A stretch of DNA of 64,000 nucleotides from Phycisphaeraceae bacterium (GTDB lineage Bacteria > Planctomycetota > Phycisphaerae > Phycisphaerales > Phycisphaeraceae), in contig JANQKT010000029.1 in assembly GCA_028280965.1 (NCBI GenBank), positions 260 through 64,259 of the forward strand, given 5' to 3'. Shown piece by piece: positions 1-9,633 of this stretch. Made by a program: the position numbers and the translations under genes. Every line of letters begins with the position of its first letter. Within the stretch, counting starts at the first letter, position 1. The notes beneath the pieces were generated by a model that was given only the letters and a program-made list of their open reading frames with translations, ran no database searches and was not told the origin of the DNA.

Positions 1-1
1 G

Positions 2-442
2 ATGATCACCGGCGTGGACATCGTCAAGCAGACCATCCGCGTCGCCGCCGGCGAAGAGCTGCCCTTCAAGCAGAAGGACATCAAGATCAACGGCCACGCG
101 ATGGAGTGCCGCATCAACGCCGAGGACCCGGCGATGAACTTCGCCCCCTGCGCCGGCCTGATCGAGGACTTCAACGCCCCCGGCGGCCCGGGCGTGCGCC
201 TGGACACCCACGCCGGCGCCGGCTACCGCATCCCGCCCAACTACGACTCGATGATCGGCAAGCTGATCACCCACGCCCCGAGCCGCGAGCAGGCCATCAC
301 CCGCATGCTCCGCTCGCTCGCCGAGTTCGAGATCGCGCCGACGAAGACGACGATCCCGCTGCACACGCGGCTGTTGAAGAACGGCAGCTTCCTGAGCAAC
401 GACACGGATATCAACTTCGTGGAGCGGTTGCTGGGGCTATAA
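2..442 (+). CDS. accC: Biotin carboxylase (acetyl-CoA carboxylase subunit), C-terminal part; gene begins before the window
   Basis: GHAMECRINAEDP, PGGPGVRLDTH, YDSMIGKLI and TTIPLH are biotin carboxylase C-domain motifs. Confidence 0.92.
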   Translation: MITGVDIVKQTIRVAAGEELPFKQKDIKINGHAMECRINAEDPAMNFAPCAGLIEDFNAPGGPGVRLDTHAGAGYRIPPNYDSMIGKLITHAPSREQAITRMLRSLAEFEIAPTKTTIPLHTRLLKNGSFLSNDTDINFVERLLGL

Positions 443-463
443 ACCCAGAAAGGCAAGTTTGAG

Positions 464-724
464 ATGTCTGACGAAGAGATGAGCAATAAGCTATTTGTTG
501 TTCGATCTGGCGGGCATGATTACTTGCTCCGAGATATGGGCCGTGAGGAGTTTCTCGGCATCTCATGTATTGCCGGCGTGTATTACGATCGCAAAGGCAA
601 GGCTTACATCAAAGATCAGCTGATGCGCATTCCTATTGAGCGCGTTGAATCGATTGTTGAGTTCGCATCTATCGATGAATACCACGATGCTGTTCAGCAC
701 TATTTCGCAGATCAAGCTGTTTAA
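464..724 (+). CDS. Hypothetical protein (86 aa)
   Basis: Clean ATG ORF filling the gap after accC; more AT-rich than its neighbours; no recognisable motif. Confidence 0.55.
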   Translation: MSDEEMSNKLFVVRSGGHDYLLRDMGREEFLGISCIAGVYYDRKGKAYIKDQLMRIPIERVESIVEFASIDEYHDAVQHYFADQAV

Positions 725-765
725 TTAGCGGGTCATAGCAACCCCGGATTAGTAATGTTCCATGG

Positions 766-1524
766 TTATCGCTTGTGCTCCGGGCTGTGGAAATCACTCA
801 TGCAGCCCGCGTCCCAGGCGTCGGGCATGTTGCCGTGGGCGGGGATGCCGCCCCGGTCCTTGAGCATGCGGGCCAGGTGCAGGCAGTTCCAGACGAGGAA
901 GGTCGTGTTGCGGTTAGTAAAGTCGTTCTCCGGCCCGCCGCTGCCGGGGTCGCGATAGCTCGGGCCCGGGCCGGCCTCGCCCATCCAGCCCGCGTCCGCC
1001 TGCGGGGGCACGGTGTAGCCGATGTGCGACAGCGAGAAGAGGATGTTCATCGCGCAGTGCTTGACGCCGTCCTCGTTGCCGGTGATGAGCGTCGCGCCGA
1101 CCTTGCCGTAGTCGCGGTACTGGCCCTTTTCGTTGAACGAGTGCGTGTAGCCGTACATCCGCTCGAGCGTGCGGTTGCAGACCGACGACTTCTCGCCCAG
1201 CCAGACGCTGGTGCAGAGGATGAGGATGTCGCAGGCGTCCACTTCTTTCTGGATGATCGGCCAGTCGTCCTTGTCCCACTCCGGCGTCTCGGACATGTCC
1301 TTGCCCAGCCCCGCGGCGATGTCGTAGTCCACCGGTCGGATGAGCTTGTGCTGCACGTTGTTGGCATCCAGGATCCCTTGGGCCACAGCGATCAGCCCCT
1401 CGGTGTGCGACATCCTTGGGCTGCGTTCGAGCGTGCAGTTGAGGAACAGCACCTTGAGGTCGTCGTATTTCGCCGGGGCGACGGTGCACTCGTGCTTCGT
1501 AATGCGTTGGAGTTGTTCGGTCAT
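766..1524 (-). CDS. Flavodoxin-like / NADPH-dependent FMN reductase family protein
   Basis: LFLNCTL..SHTEGL, DILILCTSVWLGEKSS, GATLITGNEDG typical of the FMN_red family. Confidence 0.8.
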   Translation of the reverse strand: MTEQLQRITKHECTVAPAKYDDLKVLFLNCTLERSPRMSHTEGLIAVAQGILDANNVQHKLIRPVDYDIAAGLGKDMSETPEWDKDDWPIIQKEVDACDILILCTSVWLGEKSSVCNRTLERMYGYTHSFNEKGQYRDYGKVGATLITGNEDGVKHCAMNILFSLSHIGYTVPPQADAGWMGEAGPGPSYRDPGSGGPENDFTNRNTTFLVWNCLHLARMLKDRGGIPAHGNMPDAWDAGCMSDFHSPEHKR

Positions 1525-1640
1525 GAGGGCCCTCAGTCTGTTTCAGAAGTATCGCGTACCCAACCGCAGGCAAGGCGGGATTGTTCCCCAGTTTAGCGGC
1601 CGACGCGAAGCGTCCCGTGCGAATCATGTTAAGCCGCCGT

Positions 1641-2267
1641 TCAGCCCGCCCAGTCCGCCTTGACCTGCAGCGCATCATCCAGCATCACCAGGTACTCATC
1701 CCGCGGGACCTCAACAACCCCGAACTGCTCGAGGTGCGGGTTGACGAACTGGACATCCAGCAGCCGGTACCCGCAGCCGCGCAGTTGCTCGATGAGCCAG
1801 GCGTAGCAGACCTGCGAGGCATCGGGCTCGTGGGAGAACATGGACTCGCCGAAGAAGGCGGCGCCGATCGCGACGCCGTAGAGCCCGCCGACGAGTTGAT
1901 TGCCGCGCCAGGCCTCGACGCTGTGGGCGAAGCCGTTTTGGTAGAGCGCGGTGTACACCGCCTCGATCTCCGGGCTGATCCACGTGCCTGCCTCGTGGTC
2001 ACGCGGTGCGATCGCGCAGGCGTGGATCACCTCGGCGAAGCGGCGGTCGGTCGTCACCATAAGCCCGCCGTTGCGGATGCGCTTGGCCAGGGATCGGCGG
2101 ACCCTGAACGCGCCCAGCGGGTCGCCCTCACGGAACGGCTGGACCGCGCGGGGGTCCGGCGAGTACCAGCCGATCCCTCCGGCCCGGCCGTCGGCCATGG
2201 GGAAAAACCCTTGGCAGTAGGCATTGATCAGCAGTTCGGGCGTGATGGGCGTGGCCGATTCGGTCAT
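1641..2267 (-). CDS. aat: Leucyl/phenylalanyl-tRNA--protein transferase
   Basis: AYCQGFFPM, WYSPDPR, AHSVEAW, GGLYGVAIGAAFFGESMF, LLDVQF, HLEQFG. Confidence 0.93.
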   Translation of the reverse strand: MTESATPITPELLINAYCQGFFPMADGRAGGIGWYSPDPRAVQPFREGDPLGAFRVRRSLAKRIRNGGLMVTTDRRFAEVIHACAIAPRDHEAGTWISPEIEAVYTALYQNGFAHSVEAWRGNQLVGGLYGVAIGAAFFGESMFSHEPDASQVCYAWLIEQLRGCGYRLLDVQFVNPHLEQFGVVEVPRDEYLVMLDDALQVKADWAG

Positions 2268-2389
2268 CGGGCGGTCGCGTGGTCCGGGGTGTTGGAATAC
2301 TTTCAGCGGCGGCTCGATTAATGTAGCCGAACCGCCCGCTCGGGCCCGATCCTTTCACCGCGTTTTACCGCACAACCCAGGGCAACCCG

Positions 2390-2770
2390 ATGAGCACGCT
2401 ACTTCAGAAGACCCAGCAGATCATGGACATGCTCAAGGATGGGCAGTTCGTCGAAGGCATGGAGCAGTTCTACGCCGACGATGTCGTCAACATCGAGCCG
2501 ACAGGCGCAACGATCGAGGGCCTGGCCAACCTGGTCGCGCATGAGAAAGAAGTATTGGCCAACGTCGCGGCTTACCACGGTATCGAAGTCAAATCGGTTG
2601 GTGTTGGTGAGGACGATGGCAACGGCAACGGCGTGACCTTCGCAGAGTACAAGCTCAGCGTGGACATGCAAGACGGCAGCAAGTTCAACCCGGATCAGGT
2701 CCAGGTCATCCGCTGGAAGGGCGGCGAGGCCGTGCGCAACACGTTCTACTACAACCCCGCGTTCAACTAA
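2390..2770 (+). CDS. SnoaL-like / NTF2-fold protein
   Basis: EQFYADDVVNIEP..G, Q.IRWKGG...FYY pattern; 126 aa. Confidence 0.7.
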   Translation: MSTLLQKTQQIMDMLKDGQFVEGMEQFYADDVVNIEPTGATIEGLANLVAHEKEVLANVAAYHGIEVKSVGVGEDDGNGNGVTFAEYKLSVDMQDGSKFNPDQVQVIRWKGGEAVRNTFYYNPAFN

Positions 2771-2788
2771 CACAAGCCCAGGGCGGCC

Positions 2789-3289
2789 ATGCTCGTCGAA
2801 ACGCTCCAACCCCTGCTCGCGCCGGTGGTGCTGATCTCGGCCTGCGGGCTGTTGATCATGGCGCTCAACGCGCGGACGATGACGGTGAAAGCCCGCATCC
2901 GGCAGCTGCACCTCGAGCGGTTGACGATCACCGAGAAAGTCGGTGAGGCGGGATCGGCTTCGTCCACGCAGCGGCTGCGATATGAGGGCGTCGGCAACCA
3001 GTCCGACAATCTGCTCCGCCGACTCCAACTGATGCGGGCGGCGCTGATGTGCATGGTAGGCAGCGTCGTGCTGATGCTGATCAGCTCGCTGCTGATCGGA
3101 TTGCATGGCGTGCTGCGGATCACGAGCATCCCCGCGGTTACGGTCTTTGTGCTTGGCCTGCTTAGCATGCTCGCCGGGGCGGCCGTATTTCTGCTGGAGC
3201 TGCGCCTGTCGTTGCGTGAAATCACTTATGAGCACCAGCGCATCATGGCGTTGACGCTACCGGGCGCCGACGAGGGGGGTGCGCAGTGA
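2789..3289 (+). CDS. DUF2721-like membrane protein
   Basis: APVVLISACGLL N-terminus, three hydrophobic segments, FLLELRLS. Confidence 0.75.
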   Translation: MLVETLQPLLAPVVLISACGLLIMALNARTMTVKARIRQLHLERLTITEKVGEAGSASSTQRLRYEGVGNQSDNLLRRLQLMRAALMCMVGSVVLMLISSLLIGLHGVLRITSIPAVTVFVLGLLSMLAGAAVFLLELRLSLREITYEHQRIMALTLPGADEGGAQ

Positions 3290-3678
3290 GGGCGGTGCTC
3301 GCGGCATCCGATGGCGGCAAGGCGCTAACACTGTTCGAGCTGTGTGCCCAGGCGCTGCACATCGCGGCCCTGTGCGTCGGGGCGGTCGGCCTGCTGATCA
3401 TTCTTTACGGCGTTGCCCGCGGGACGGTCAAGCTCCTGGTCACAGAAGTGCGTGGGAGCAAAACGCAAGACCGCAACACGCTGCGGATGGATCTGGGCTA
3501 CTACCTCTTGCTCGGGTTGGAGTTCCTGGTGGCCGCGGACATCATCGAGACGCTTCTCGCGCCCGGCCTCGAGCACGTGCTCGTGCTGGGCGCGATTGTA
3601 TTGATCCGCACGGTCATCAGTATTTCGTTGAACTGGGAACTGAAGCAGCACGCCGAGCACGTGGCGGAGGCAGCATAG
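3286..3678 (+). CDS. DUF1622-like membrane protein
   Basis: RMDLGYYLLLGLEFLVAADIIET...LGAIVLIRTVISISL..E; 4-nt overlap with the upstream gene. Confidence 0.82.
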   Translation: MRAVLAASDGGKALTLFELCAQALHIAALCVGAVGLLIILYGVARGTVKLLVTEVRGSKTQDRNTLRMDLGYYLLLGLEFLVAADIIETLLAPGLEHVLVLGAIVLIRTVISISLNWELKQHAEHVAEAA

Positions 3679-3710
3679 CTGCGATACTACGAAACGTTTG
3701 AGAGGGCAAC

Positions 3711-5705
3711 ATGACCACTAAACGTGTTGAACTGACCTGGCACAAGGCGCTCGATCAGGACGAGCTTCCCGAGGGGCGTGTCAAGACGGTCACGCTGGGC
3801 ACGCAGTCGCTGTGCATGACCCACCACGGCGGGCAGTACGCGGCGCTGTGCAACGCCTGCCCGCACCAGGGCGGCCCGCTGGGCGAGGGCTCGATCGAGA
3901 ACGGGATGCTGCGCTGCCCCTGGCACGGCTGGGACTTCGACCCGACGACCGGCAAGCCGCCGGGCGGCTACGACGACGGTGTGCCGACCTACCCGGTTGA
4001 GGTGCGCGGAGACGGCGTTTACGTCGGCATCGAAGAAGACAAAACGCACACTCAGGATGTGTCGGATGTCATGGTGCAGACGATGGTCAGCTGGGGCGTG
4101 CGGTGGTGCTTCGGGATGGTGGGGCACTCGAACCTGTACGTCGCCGACGCGCTGCGCCGGGCAGGATCGAATGGCCGGCTGAGTTACATCGGCATCCGCC
4201 ACGAGGGTGCCGCCTCGTTCGCCGCCAGTGCGTATGGCAAGCTGACGGGCCGCCCGGCGTCTTGCCTGGCGATCGCCGGGCCGGGCGCGACGAACCTGCT
4301 GACCGGCTTGTGGGATGCGCACGTGGATCGCGCGCCGCTGCTCGCGCTGACCGGGCAGGTCTCGACGCAGGTGCTCGGCCGACACAACTTCCAGGAGCTG
4401 CCGCTGGACAAGGCGTTCGGCGGCGTCGCGGAGTACACGCAGACCGTGCTGCCCGGCTCGAACCACGCCGAGCTGATGGCCCTGGCGTGCAAGAGCGCGA
4501 TTACAACACGGTCGGTCTCGCATCTGGTTTTCCCGGATGAGGTGGCCGGGCTTGAGCAGCCGGACGCGAAGCCGACGATACCGGAAGGGCGCCTGCCCGA
4601 CCGCGCAGTCGCGCCGCCTAAGGATGCGATCAGTCACGCATGCTCAATGCTCAAGCGCGCGAAGCGACCAGTCATCATCGTCGGGCACGGGGCGCGCTAC
4701 AACATGGACGCGATTACCGCGCTCGCTGAAGTGCTCAAGTGCCCGGTGCTGACGACGTTCAAGGGCAAGGGCCTGATCGCGGACCACGGCGCGGTTGAAG
4801 ACGGGCGGCACCCGCTCGGTGGCGGGGTGCTGGGCCGTTCGGGCACGCCCATCGCTTCGTGGTTTATGAACGAGAGCGACCTGTTGCTGGTACTGGGCGC
4901 AAGTTTCTCGAACCACACCGGCATCACGCCGAAGAAGCCGACGATCCAGATCGACGACGACCCGATGATGCTGGCCAAGTTCCATTCGGTGGACTGCCCG
5001 GTGCTCGGCTCGCTCGAGGCGACGCTGCCGATGCTGATCGACGCGGTCAAGCCCGGCCACGCGAGCGGCGACCACACCGCCGAGGTCGCCGAGCGCTGGC
5101 GGATCTGGCGGGAAGAGAAGGCGAGCCGCCTCGCCGATGATCGCGGCATGGGTGTCAGCTCGATCGCGGTGTTCGATGCGCTCACGCGCCTGGCACCTCA
5201 GGACGCGATCATGCCCGTCGATGTCGGCAACAACACCTACAGCTTCGGCCGGTACTTCGAGTGCTCACGCCAGGCCGTGCTGATGTCCGGCTACCTCGGT
5301 TCGATCGGCTTCGGCCTGCCCGCGGCGCTGGGCGCCTGGGCCGCGACGCAGGAGCAGGGCTCGCCCTACGCCGGCCGGAAGGTCATCAGCATCTCCGGCG
5401 ACGGCGGCTTCGGCCAGTATGCCATGGAGTTCACCACCGCGGTCAGGTATGGCATGGATCTCACGCACGTGCTTTTGAACAACAGCAACCTCGGCAAGAT
5501 CACCAAGGAGCAGCGCGCCGGCGAATGGCCGGTCTGGCAGACCGAACTGACCAACCCGGGCTTCGCCAGGTTCGCAGAGAGCTGCGGCGGCGTGGGGATC
5601 AAAGTCGAGAAGGCGGATGAGCTAGGCGACGCGATCAAGGCGGCGCTCGCGGTTCGTGATGGCCCGTCGTTGATTGAGGTGGTGGCGGATCAGGAGCTGA
5701 TCTAG
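3711..5705 (+). CDS. Thiamine-pyrophosphate enzyme (pyruvate oxidase-like) with N-terminal Rieske [2Fe-2S] domain
   Basis: Rieske CPH...CPWH; RHEGAASFAA; GPGATN; GDGGF...NN TPP motif. Confidence 0.88.
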   Translation: MTTKRVELTWHKALDQDELPEGRVKTVTLGTQSLCMTHHGGQYAALCNACPHQGGPLGEGSIENGMLRCPWHGWDFDPTTGKPPGGYDDGVPTYPVEVRGDGVYVGIEEDKTHTQDVSDVMVQTMVSWGVRWCFGMVGHSNLYVADALRRAGSNGRLSYIGIRHEGAASFAASAYGKLTGRPASCLAIAGPGATNLLTGLWDAHVDRAPLLALTGQVSTQVLGRHNFQELPLDKAFGGVAEYTQTVLPGSNHAELMALACKSAITTRSVSHLVFPDEVAGLEQPDAKPTIPEGRLPDRAVAPPKDAISHACSMLKRAKRPVIIVGHGARYNMDAITALAEVLKCPVLTTFKGKGLIADHGAVEDGRHPLGGGVLGRSGTPIASWFMNESDLLLVLGASFSNHTGITPKKPTIQIDDDPMMLAKFHSVDCPVLGSLEATLPMLIDAVKPGHASGDHTAEVAERWRIWREEKASRLADDRGMGVSSIAVFDALTRLAPQDAIMPVDVGNNTYSFGRYFECSRQAVLMSGYLGSIGFGLPAALGAWAATQEQGSPYAGRKVISISGDGGFGQYAMEFTTAVRYGMDLTHVLLNNSNLGKITKEQRAGEWPVWQTELTNPGFARFAESCGGVGIKVEKADELGDAIKAALAVRDGPSLIEVVADQELI

Positions 5706-5788
5706 GATTACTGTATTAGTGTTCTTGAATCGATAAGGCGTGATCTTGTTCTGCATCCAACAGGAGTCAGATTGACGGGAATGATATA

Positions 5789-6325
5789 ATGGCAAACAAA
5801 CAAGGATTTGATAGTGAGGTAATCGTTCGCTGGGTCGTGCACGCCGGACCCGATCGTGAGATGCGATTAGAAAAGGGGCTGACCTATACTGATAGCGCTG
5901 GGAAGAAATGGCCTGCGGAACCGGGCGATTTGATCGATGGGGCGAGTATCCCAAGATTCTTGTGGAGTACATTCCCCGGCTCGCCGTTTATCGGGGATTA
6001 TCGCCGGGCTGCCGCGCTGCATGACTCCAACTACATCCATCGTTATGGTGGCGATCGTAAGGCGGTTGACCGTGTGTTTTATGAGGCGATGCGTTTTGAC
6101 GGCACGTCACGGTTTAAGTCGCTTGCGATGTACATCGCTGTTCGATTATTCGGCGGGCGGTACTGGCAAAAAAACGAATTCGTGGCGACGACACCAAGGA
6201 TGGAACAAGAATGCTGGGAACTGGTCGAATGGGCAAATGTGGCACCCGGCGAACCAGATTTGGATGCGATCGATAAGCGGTGTGACAAACTTCGAGCAGA
6301 CTTAAACTTGAACTTGGCTGAGTGA
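5789..6325 (+). CDS. DUF1353-like protein
   Basis: DGASIPRFLWS..GSPF.GDYRRAAALHD, ADRVF.EAM, MY.AVRLFG. Confidence 0.8.
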   Translation: MANKQGFDSEVIVRWVVHAGPDREMRLEKGLTYTDSAGKKWPAEPGDLIDGASIPRFLWSTFPGSPFIGDYRRAAALHDSNYIHRYGGDRKAVDRVFYEAMRFDGTSRFKSLAMYIAVRLFGGRYWQKNEFVATTPRMEQECWELVEWANVAPGEPDLDAIDKRCDKLRADLNLNLAE

Positions 6326-6380
6326 GTAGCGAGCCTGCTTTGAAGCTTGACAGGGATTCGGCCACGGTCCGTTCTCGGAA

Positions 6381-6453
6381 AGCCACCTGCCGGAGTCGAA
6401 CCGGCAACCTGCGGTTTACAAAACCGCTGCTCTGCCAATTGAGCTAAGGTGGC
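6381..6453 (-). tRNA. tRNA-Thr(UGU)
   Basis: Cloverleaf GCCACCT..AGGTGGC; anticodon arm GCGGT-TTTGTAA-ACCGC; T-loop GTTCGAC. Confidence 0.96.
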
Positions 6454-6464
6454 GGCAGGCGGGC

Positions 6465-6493
6465 ATCATAAACCGTTTCGGCCTGTGGGCCAA
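6465..6493 (-). promoter_or_regulatory. Sigma70-type promoter for tRNA-Thr(UGU)
   Basis: TTGGCC-N17-TATGAT on the minus strand just upstream of the tRNA. Confidence 0.6.
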
Positions 6494-6529
6494 TCCGGGT
6501 TGAGCCGTTCGGTCCCAACCGGTTGAGAT

Positions 6530-6559
6530 TTGCCCGGTACGCCCGCCCGGCGGTATAAT
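6530..6559 (+). promoter_or_regulatory. Sigma70-type promoter for tRNA-Thr(CGU)
   Basis: TTGCCC-N18-TATAAT, 11 nt before the tRNA. Confidence 0.65.
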
Positions 6560-6570
6560 ACTTGACTCAC

Positions 6571-6643
6571 GCCACCGTAGCTCAGTTGGTAGAGCAGAGC
6601 TTTCGTAAAGCTCAGGTCGCAGGTTCGAGTCCCGTCGGTGGCT
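6571..6643 (+). tRNA. tRNA-Thr(CGU)
   Basis: Cloverleaf GCCACCG..CGGTGGC; anticodon arm GAGCT-TTCGTAA-AGCTC; T-loop GTTCGAG. Confidence 0.96.
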
Positions 6644-6668
6644 TTGCTGATCGACATTAACAGTTGAC

Positions 6669-6704
6669 AAGGGACAGCCCCTTACAGAAAGGGGACTGCC
6701 CCTT
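6669..6704. terminator. REP-like hairpin / probable bidirectional terminator between tRNA-Thr and mog
   Basis: AAGGGACAGCCCCTT-acaga-AAGGGGACTGCCCCTT; the arms pair with each other and each arm is self-palindromic; lies between convergent genes. Confidence 0.55.
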
Positions 6705-6717
6705 ATTAACGGGCAGG

Positions 6718-7239
6718 CTAAGCGGGATCGATGCGGTGGTCGGTCGGTGCCTTGGCTTGACCGCGAAGCGTCTGGATCGCGTGGGGCAGGACATCCATCA
6801 TTGCTTCAAGCGTCTCGGTTGCTCCGCGTGGCGAGCCGGGCAGGTTGATGATCAGCGTCCGTCCGGCCGTGCCCGCGATGCCGCGCGAGAGGCTGGCCAG
6901 CGGGGTGATCGCGTAGCAGCGCACGCGTGCCAGCTCGAGCAACGCGTCGTGCCGGCGTTCGATGACCTTCGCGGTGGCCTCGGGTGTGACATCGCGCGGG
7001 GACAAGCCGGTCCCGCCGGTCGTGACGATGAGGTCAGGCGCGTCGGGTTGATTGACCCAGTCGCGGAGTTGGGCTTGGATCTGGTCCGTTTCATCGGGGA
7101 CAAGCGCTGTGCAGACACAACCGGCATCGAGCGACTCATTCAACACGCGTACCAGCATGGGCCCGCTCCGATCCTCCGCCTCACCCCTGGCGCAGCGGTC
7201 GCTGATCGTCAGCACACTGAAACGGATCGGCGGACTCAT
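6718..7239 (-). CDS. mog: Molybdopterin adenylyltransferase (Mog/MoaB family)
   Basis: [33 protein letters not shown]; start placed at the ATGA overlap with the moaC stop. Confidence 0.85.
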   Translation of the reverse strand: MSPPIRFSVLTISDRCARGEAEDRSGPMLVRVLNESLDAGCVCTALVPDETDQIQAQLRDWVNQPDAPDLIVTTGGTGLSPRDVTPEATAKVIERRHDALLELARVRCYAITPLASLSRGIAGTAGRTLIINLPGSPRGATETLEAMMDVLPHAIQTLRGQAKAPTDHRIDPA

Positions 7240-7736
7240 GCTTCGTCGCCGCCTTCCACCGATGGGCGTGCCCATGCGCCGCGCTTGCCGCCGGTCTTGC
7301 GGACGAGCTGGATACGCTGGATCGTCATGGCCGGGTCTATCGCCTTGCCCATGTCGATGACGGTGAGGGCGGCGACGCTGGCGGCGGTGAGCGCTTCCAT
7401 CTCGACGCCGGTCTTGTAGCTTGTGCTCGCCTCCGCGCTGATCGCGACGCCATCGTCGGTCAGAGACAACTCGACATTCACCGCGTCCAGCGGCAGCGAG
7501 TGGCAGAGCGGGATGAGTTCGTCGGTGCGCTTGGCGGCCTGGATGCCCGCGAGGCGCGCGACCTGGAGCACCGAGCCCTTCGCGACACGGTCTTCGCGGA
7601 TCGCGGCGAGCAGCTCGGCGCTCGCGCGGACAAAGCCCTCGGCGGCCGCGGTCCGGCGGGTCACCGGCTTGCCGCCGATATCCACCATACTGGGTTGGCC
7701 GGCGGGGTCGAGGTGTGATAGTCGGTCATTCATCAC
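7236..7736 (-). CDS. moaC: Cyclic pyranopterin monophosphate synthase
   Basis: [37 protein letters not shown]. Confidence 0.95.
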   Translation of the reverse strand: MMNDRLSHLDPAGQPSMVDIGGKPVTRRTAAAEGFVRASAELLAAIREDRVAKGSVLQVARLAGIQAAKRTDELIPLCHSLPLDAVNVELSLTDDGVAISAEASTSYKTGVEMEALTAASVAALTVIDMGKAIDPAMTIQRIQLVRKTGGKRGAWARPSVEGGDEA

Positions 7737-8971
7737 GCGACATCATAGAACACCCACGGCCCGGGCCCGGTCTCACCCGGCGGGAACTCGACGAAGCCAT
7801 CAACGAGCGCGGCGCCCACGAGGTCGCCCGAGCCACGGGTCGATAGCAACTCCGCCTCGCCATGAACGGTAAGCCTGGCCGGCAGGTAGCGCCAGAGCCC
7901 ATGCGGTTTGGTCGGCGGGTTGGTGAGGTGAACGCGGGGCCGAGGTGCAATGGGCTGAGCAAAGCCCGCGAGCGCACGCGCGACCGGGCCGATGAACAGC
8001 GGCAGCCCCACCGACACCGCGACCGGGTTGCCGGGCAGTGCCAGTACCGGAACGACGCGGCCCGGCGGTGTCACGCCGGGCAGCAGCCCCGCGAGCCCGG
8101 GCTTGCCCGGTCGTATCGGTAGCTTGTGATAAATGATGCGCCCGCCGATGTCGAGCAGGGCGGGTTTGAGGTAGTCGCGGTCGCCCATCGAGACGCCACC
8201 GGTCGTGAGGATCAGGTCGGTGTATTTTGCGGCTTCACGCAGTGTGTCGCCGATCGATTCGCGGTCGTCGCCGAGGTGTTCAGGCTGGGCCGCATCGACC
8301 CACGGCTTGTTCTTCAACCCCGCGAGCAGCGTCGCTGCGTTGCTGTCGCGGATCTGCCAGGGCTCGGGCCGGCTATCAACGGGCAGCAGCTCGTTGCCGG
8401 TGGTGAACAGGCGCACGCGGACCGGGCGATACACCGGTGCCCGTGCGTGTCCAAACGCGGCGAGCGCCGCGCTGACCGTCGGCGTGACCACACATCCCGC
8501 AGGGACGACCGTGTCGCCGGCCGAAGCGTTCTCCCCGCGACGGCGGATGTGCTGGCCGGCGGTAAACCCTAAACCCGGCGGGATCGTGATCCGGCCGTCG
8601 CCCTCCTCGACCTGCTCGCGCGGGATCACACCATCACACCCCGCAGGGACACACGCGCCCGTGCTGATCTTCAGGCAGCCGTCACCCGGCATCGGCGGGG
8701 CGGGCCGGCCGATCAGCACCTCTTGCGTGACCTCAAGCGCCGCGCCGCTCGGCTCGACCTGCTTCGAACGCACCGCGTAGCCGTCCATCGCCGACACATC
8801 ACTCGGCGGGCTATCACGGTCAGCCGTCGCCGACTTGCTGAGCACGCGCCCAAACGCCTCATGTAGATCGCTATGCGTAGCAGCAACCGGCTGCAACGAC
8901 GCCAACAGCTCACACAGCGCCGCATGCGGTGAATCAAACGCGAACCCGGTCGGCGTGTCGCAGACGCTCAT
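7733..8971 (-). CDS. moeA: Molybdopterin molybdenumtransferase
   Basis: [48 protein letters not shown]. Confidence 0.93.
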   Translation of the reverse strand: MSVCDTPTGFAFDSPHAALCELLASLQPVAATHSDLHEAFGRVLSKSATADRDSPPSDVSAMDGYAVRSKQVEPSGAALEVTQEVLIGRPAPPMPGDGCLKISTGACVPAGCDGVIPREQVEEGDGRITIPPGLGFTAGQHIRRRGENASAGDTVVPAGCVVTPTVSAALAAFGHARAPVYRPVRVRLFTTGNELLPVDSRPEPWQIRDSNAATLLAGLKNKPWVDAAQPEHLGDDRESIGDTLREAAKYTDLILTTGGVSMGDRDYLKPALLDIGGRIIYHKLPIRPGKPGLAGLLPGVTPPGRVVPVLALPGNPVAVSVGLPLFIGPVARALAGFAQPIAPRPRVHLTNPPTKPHGLWRYLPARLTVHGEAELLSTRGSGDLVGAALVDGFVEFPPGETGPGPWVFYDVA

Positions 8972-9393
8972 CGATCGGCCCCGTGGTCATCGGCGAAGAC
9001 CGGCTTCTTCCAGATCGGCACATCACGCTTGAGCTCATCGATGATCTGATCCATTGCAGCGAGCGCCGGCTTGCGGTGCTCGGCCGTGACGGCAACCCAC
9101 AATGAGGCCTCGCCGGCCGCGACGAAACCGCGGCTGTGCATGAGCCGGACACGCAACAGCGTGTGTTCATCCGCGGCCCGCTCGGCGATGCGGCGAAGCT
9201 CGCGACCGGCCATCGGGTCGTAGCTGGTGTACGCCAGCCCCTGCAATAACCGGCCGTCTTCTTCTGGCCGAACCACACCCGCAAACGTGAGTACGGCTCC
9301 GGCCTTTGCTGCCTCTGGAACGGCACACTGCCGGATCGGCCCATCGGACCAGGCGATCGATACACCCCTTGTATCTGCTTGTAATTCAGCCAC
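8968..9393 (-). CDS. moaE: Molybdopterin synthase catalytic subunit
   Basis: GAVLTFAGVVR, HS.G...GEASL.V...HR..A, IDELK..VPIWKK. Confidence 0.93.
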   Translation of the reverse strand: MAELQADTRGVSIAWSDGPIRQCAVPEAAKAGAVLTFAGVVRPEEDGRLLQGLAYTSYDPMAGRELRRIAERAADEHTLLRVRLMHSRGFVAAGEASLWVAVTAEHRKPALAAMDQIIDELKRDVPIWKKPVFADDHGADR

Positions 9394-9631
9394 CGGACAC
9401 CATCCCGATCAACGCGACCTCATCGTTCACAGATAGTTCATCCGTATCCATGGCATAAGCATGGTTGATCGCCAGCCGACTGGATGCGAGCGACGGCCCG
9501 AGCATCGGCGCGACGTCTTTGAGTGCATGCATTACCGCGGCGGCGGTTGCCGGTGCCTCCAGCTCAACCGACACCATGTCGGTGCCCGCGATCTCGGCCT
9601 GTGGGCCGAACAACAGCACGTCGATCTTCAT
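9386..9631 (-). CDS. moaD: Molybdopterin synthase sulfur carrier
   Basis: MKIDVLLFG start, LAINHAY, C-terminal VSGG. Confidence 0.92.
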   Translation of the reverse strand: MKIDVLLFGPQAEIAGTDMVSVELEAPATAAAVMHALKDVAPMLGPSLASSRLAINHAYAMDTDELSVNDEVALIGMVSGG

Positions 9632-9633
9632 GT

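Noticed and set aside
5772-5790. TTGACG...TATAAT promoter before the DUF1353 gene
   Set aside because: The spacer is only 7 nt and the TATAAT overlaps the start codon.
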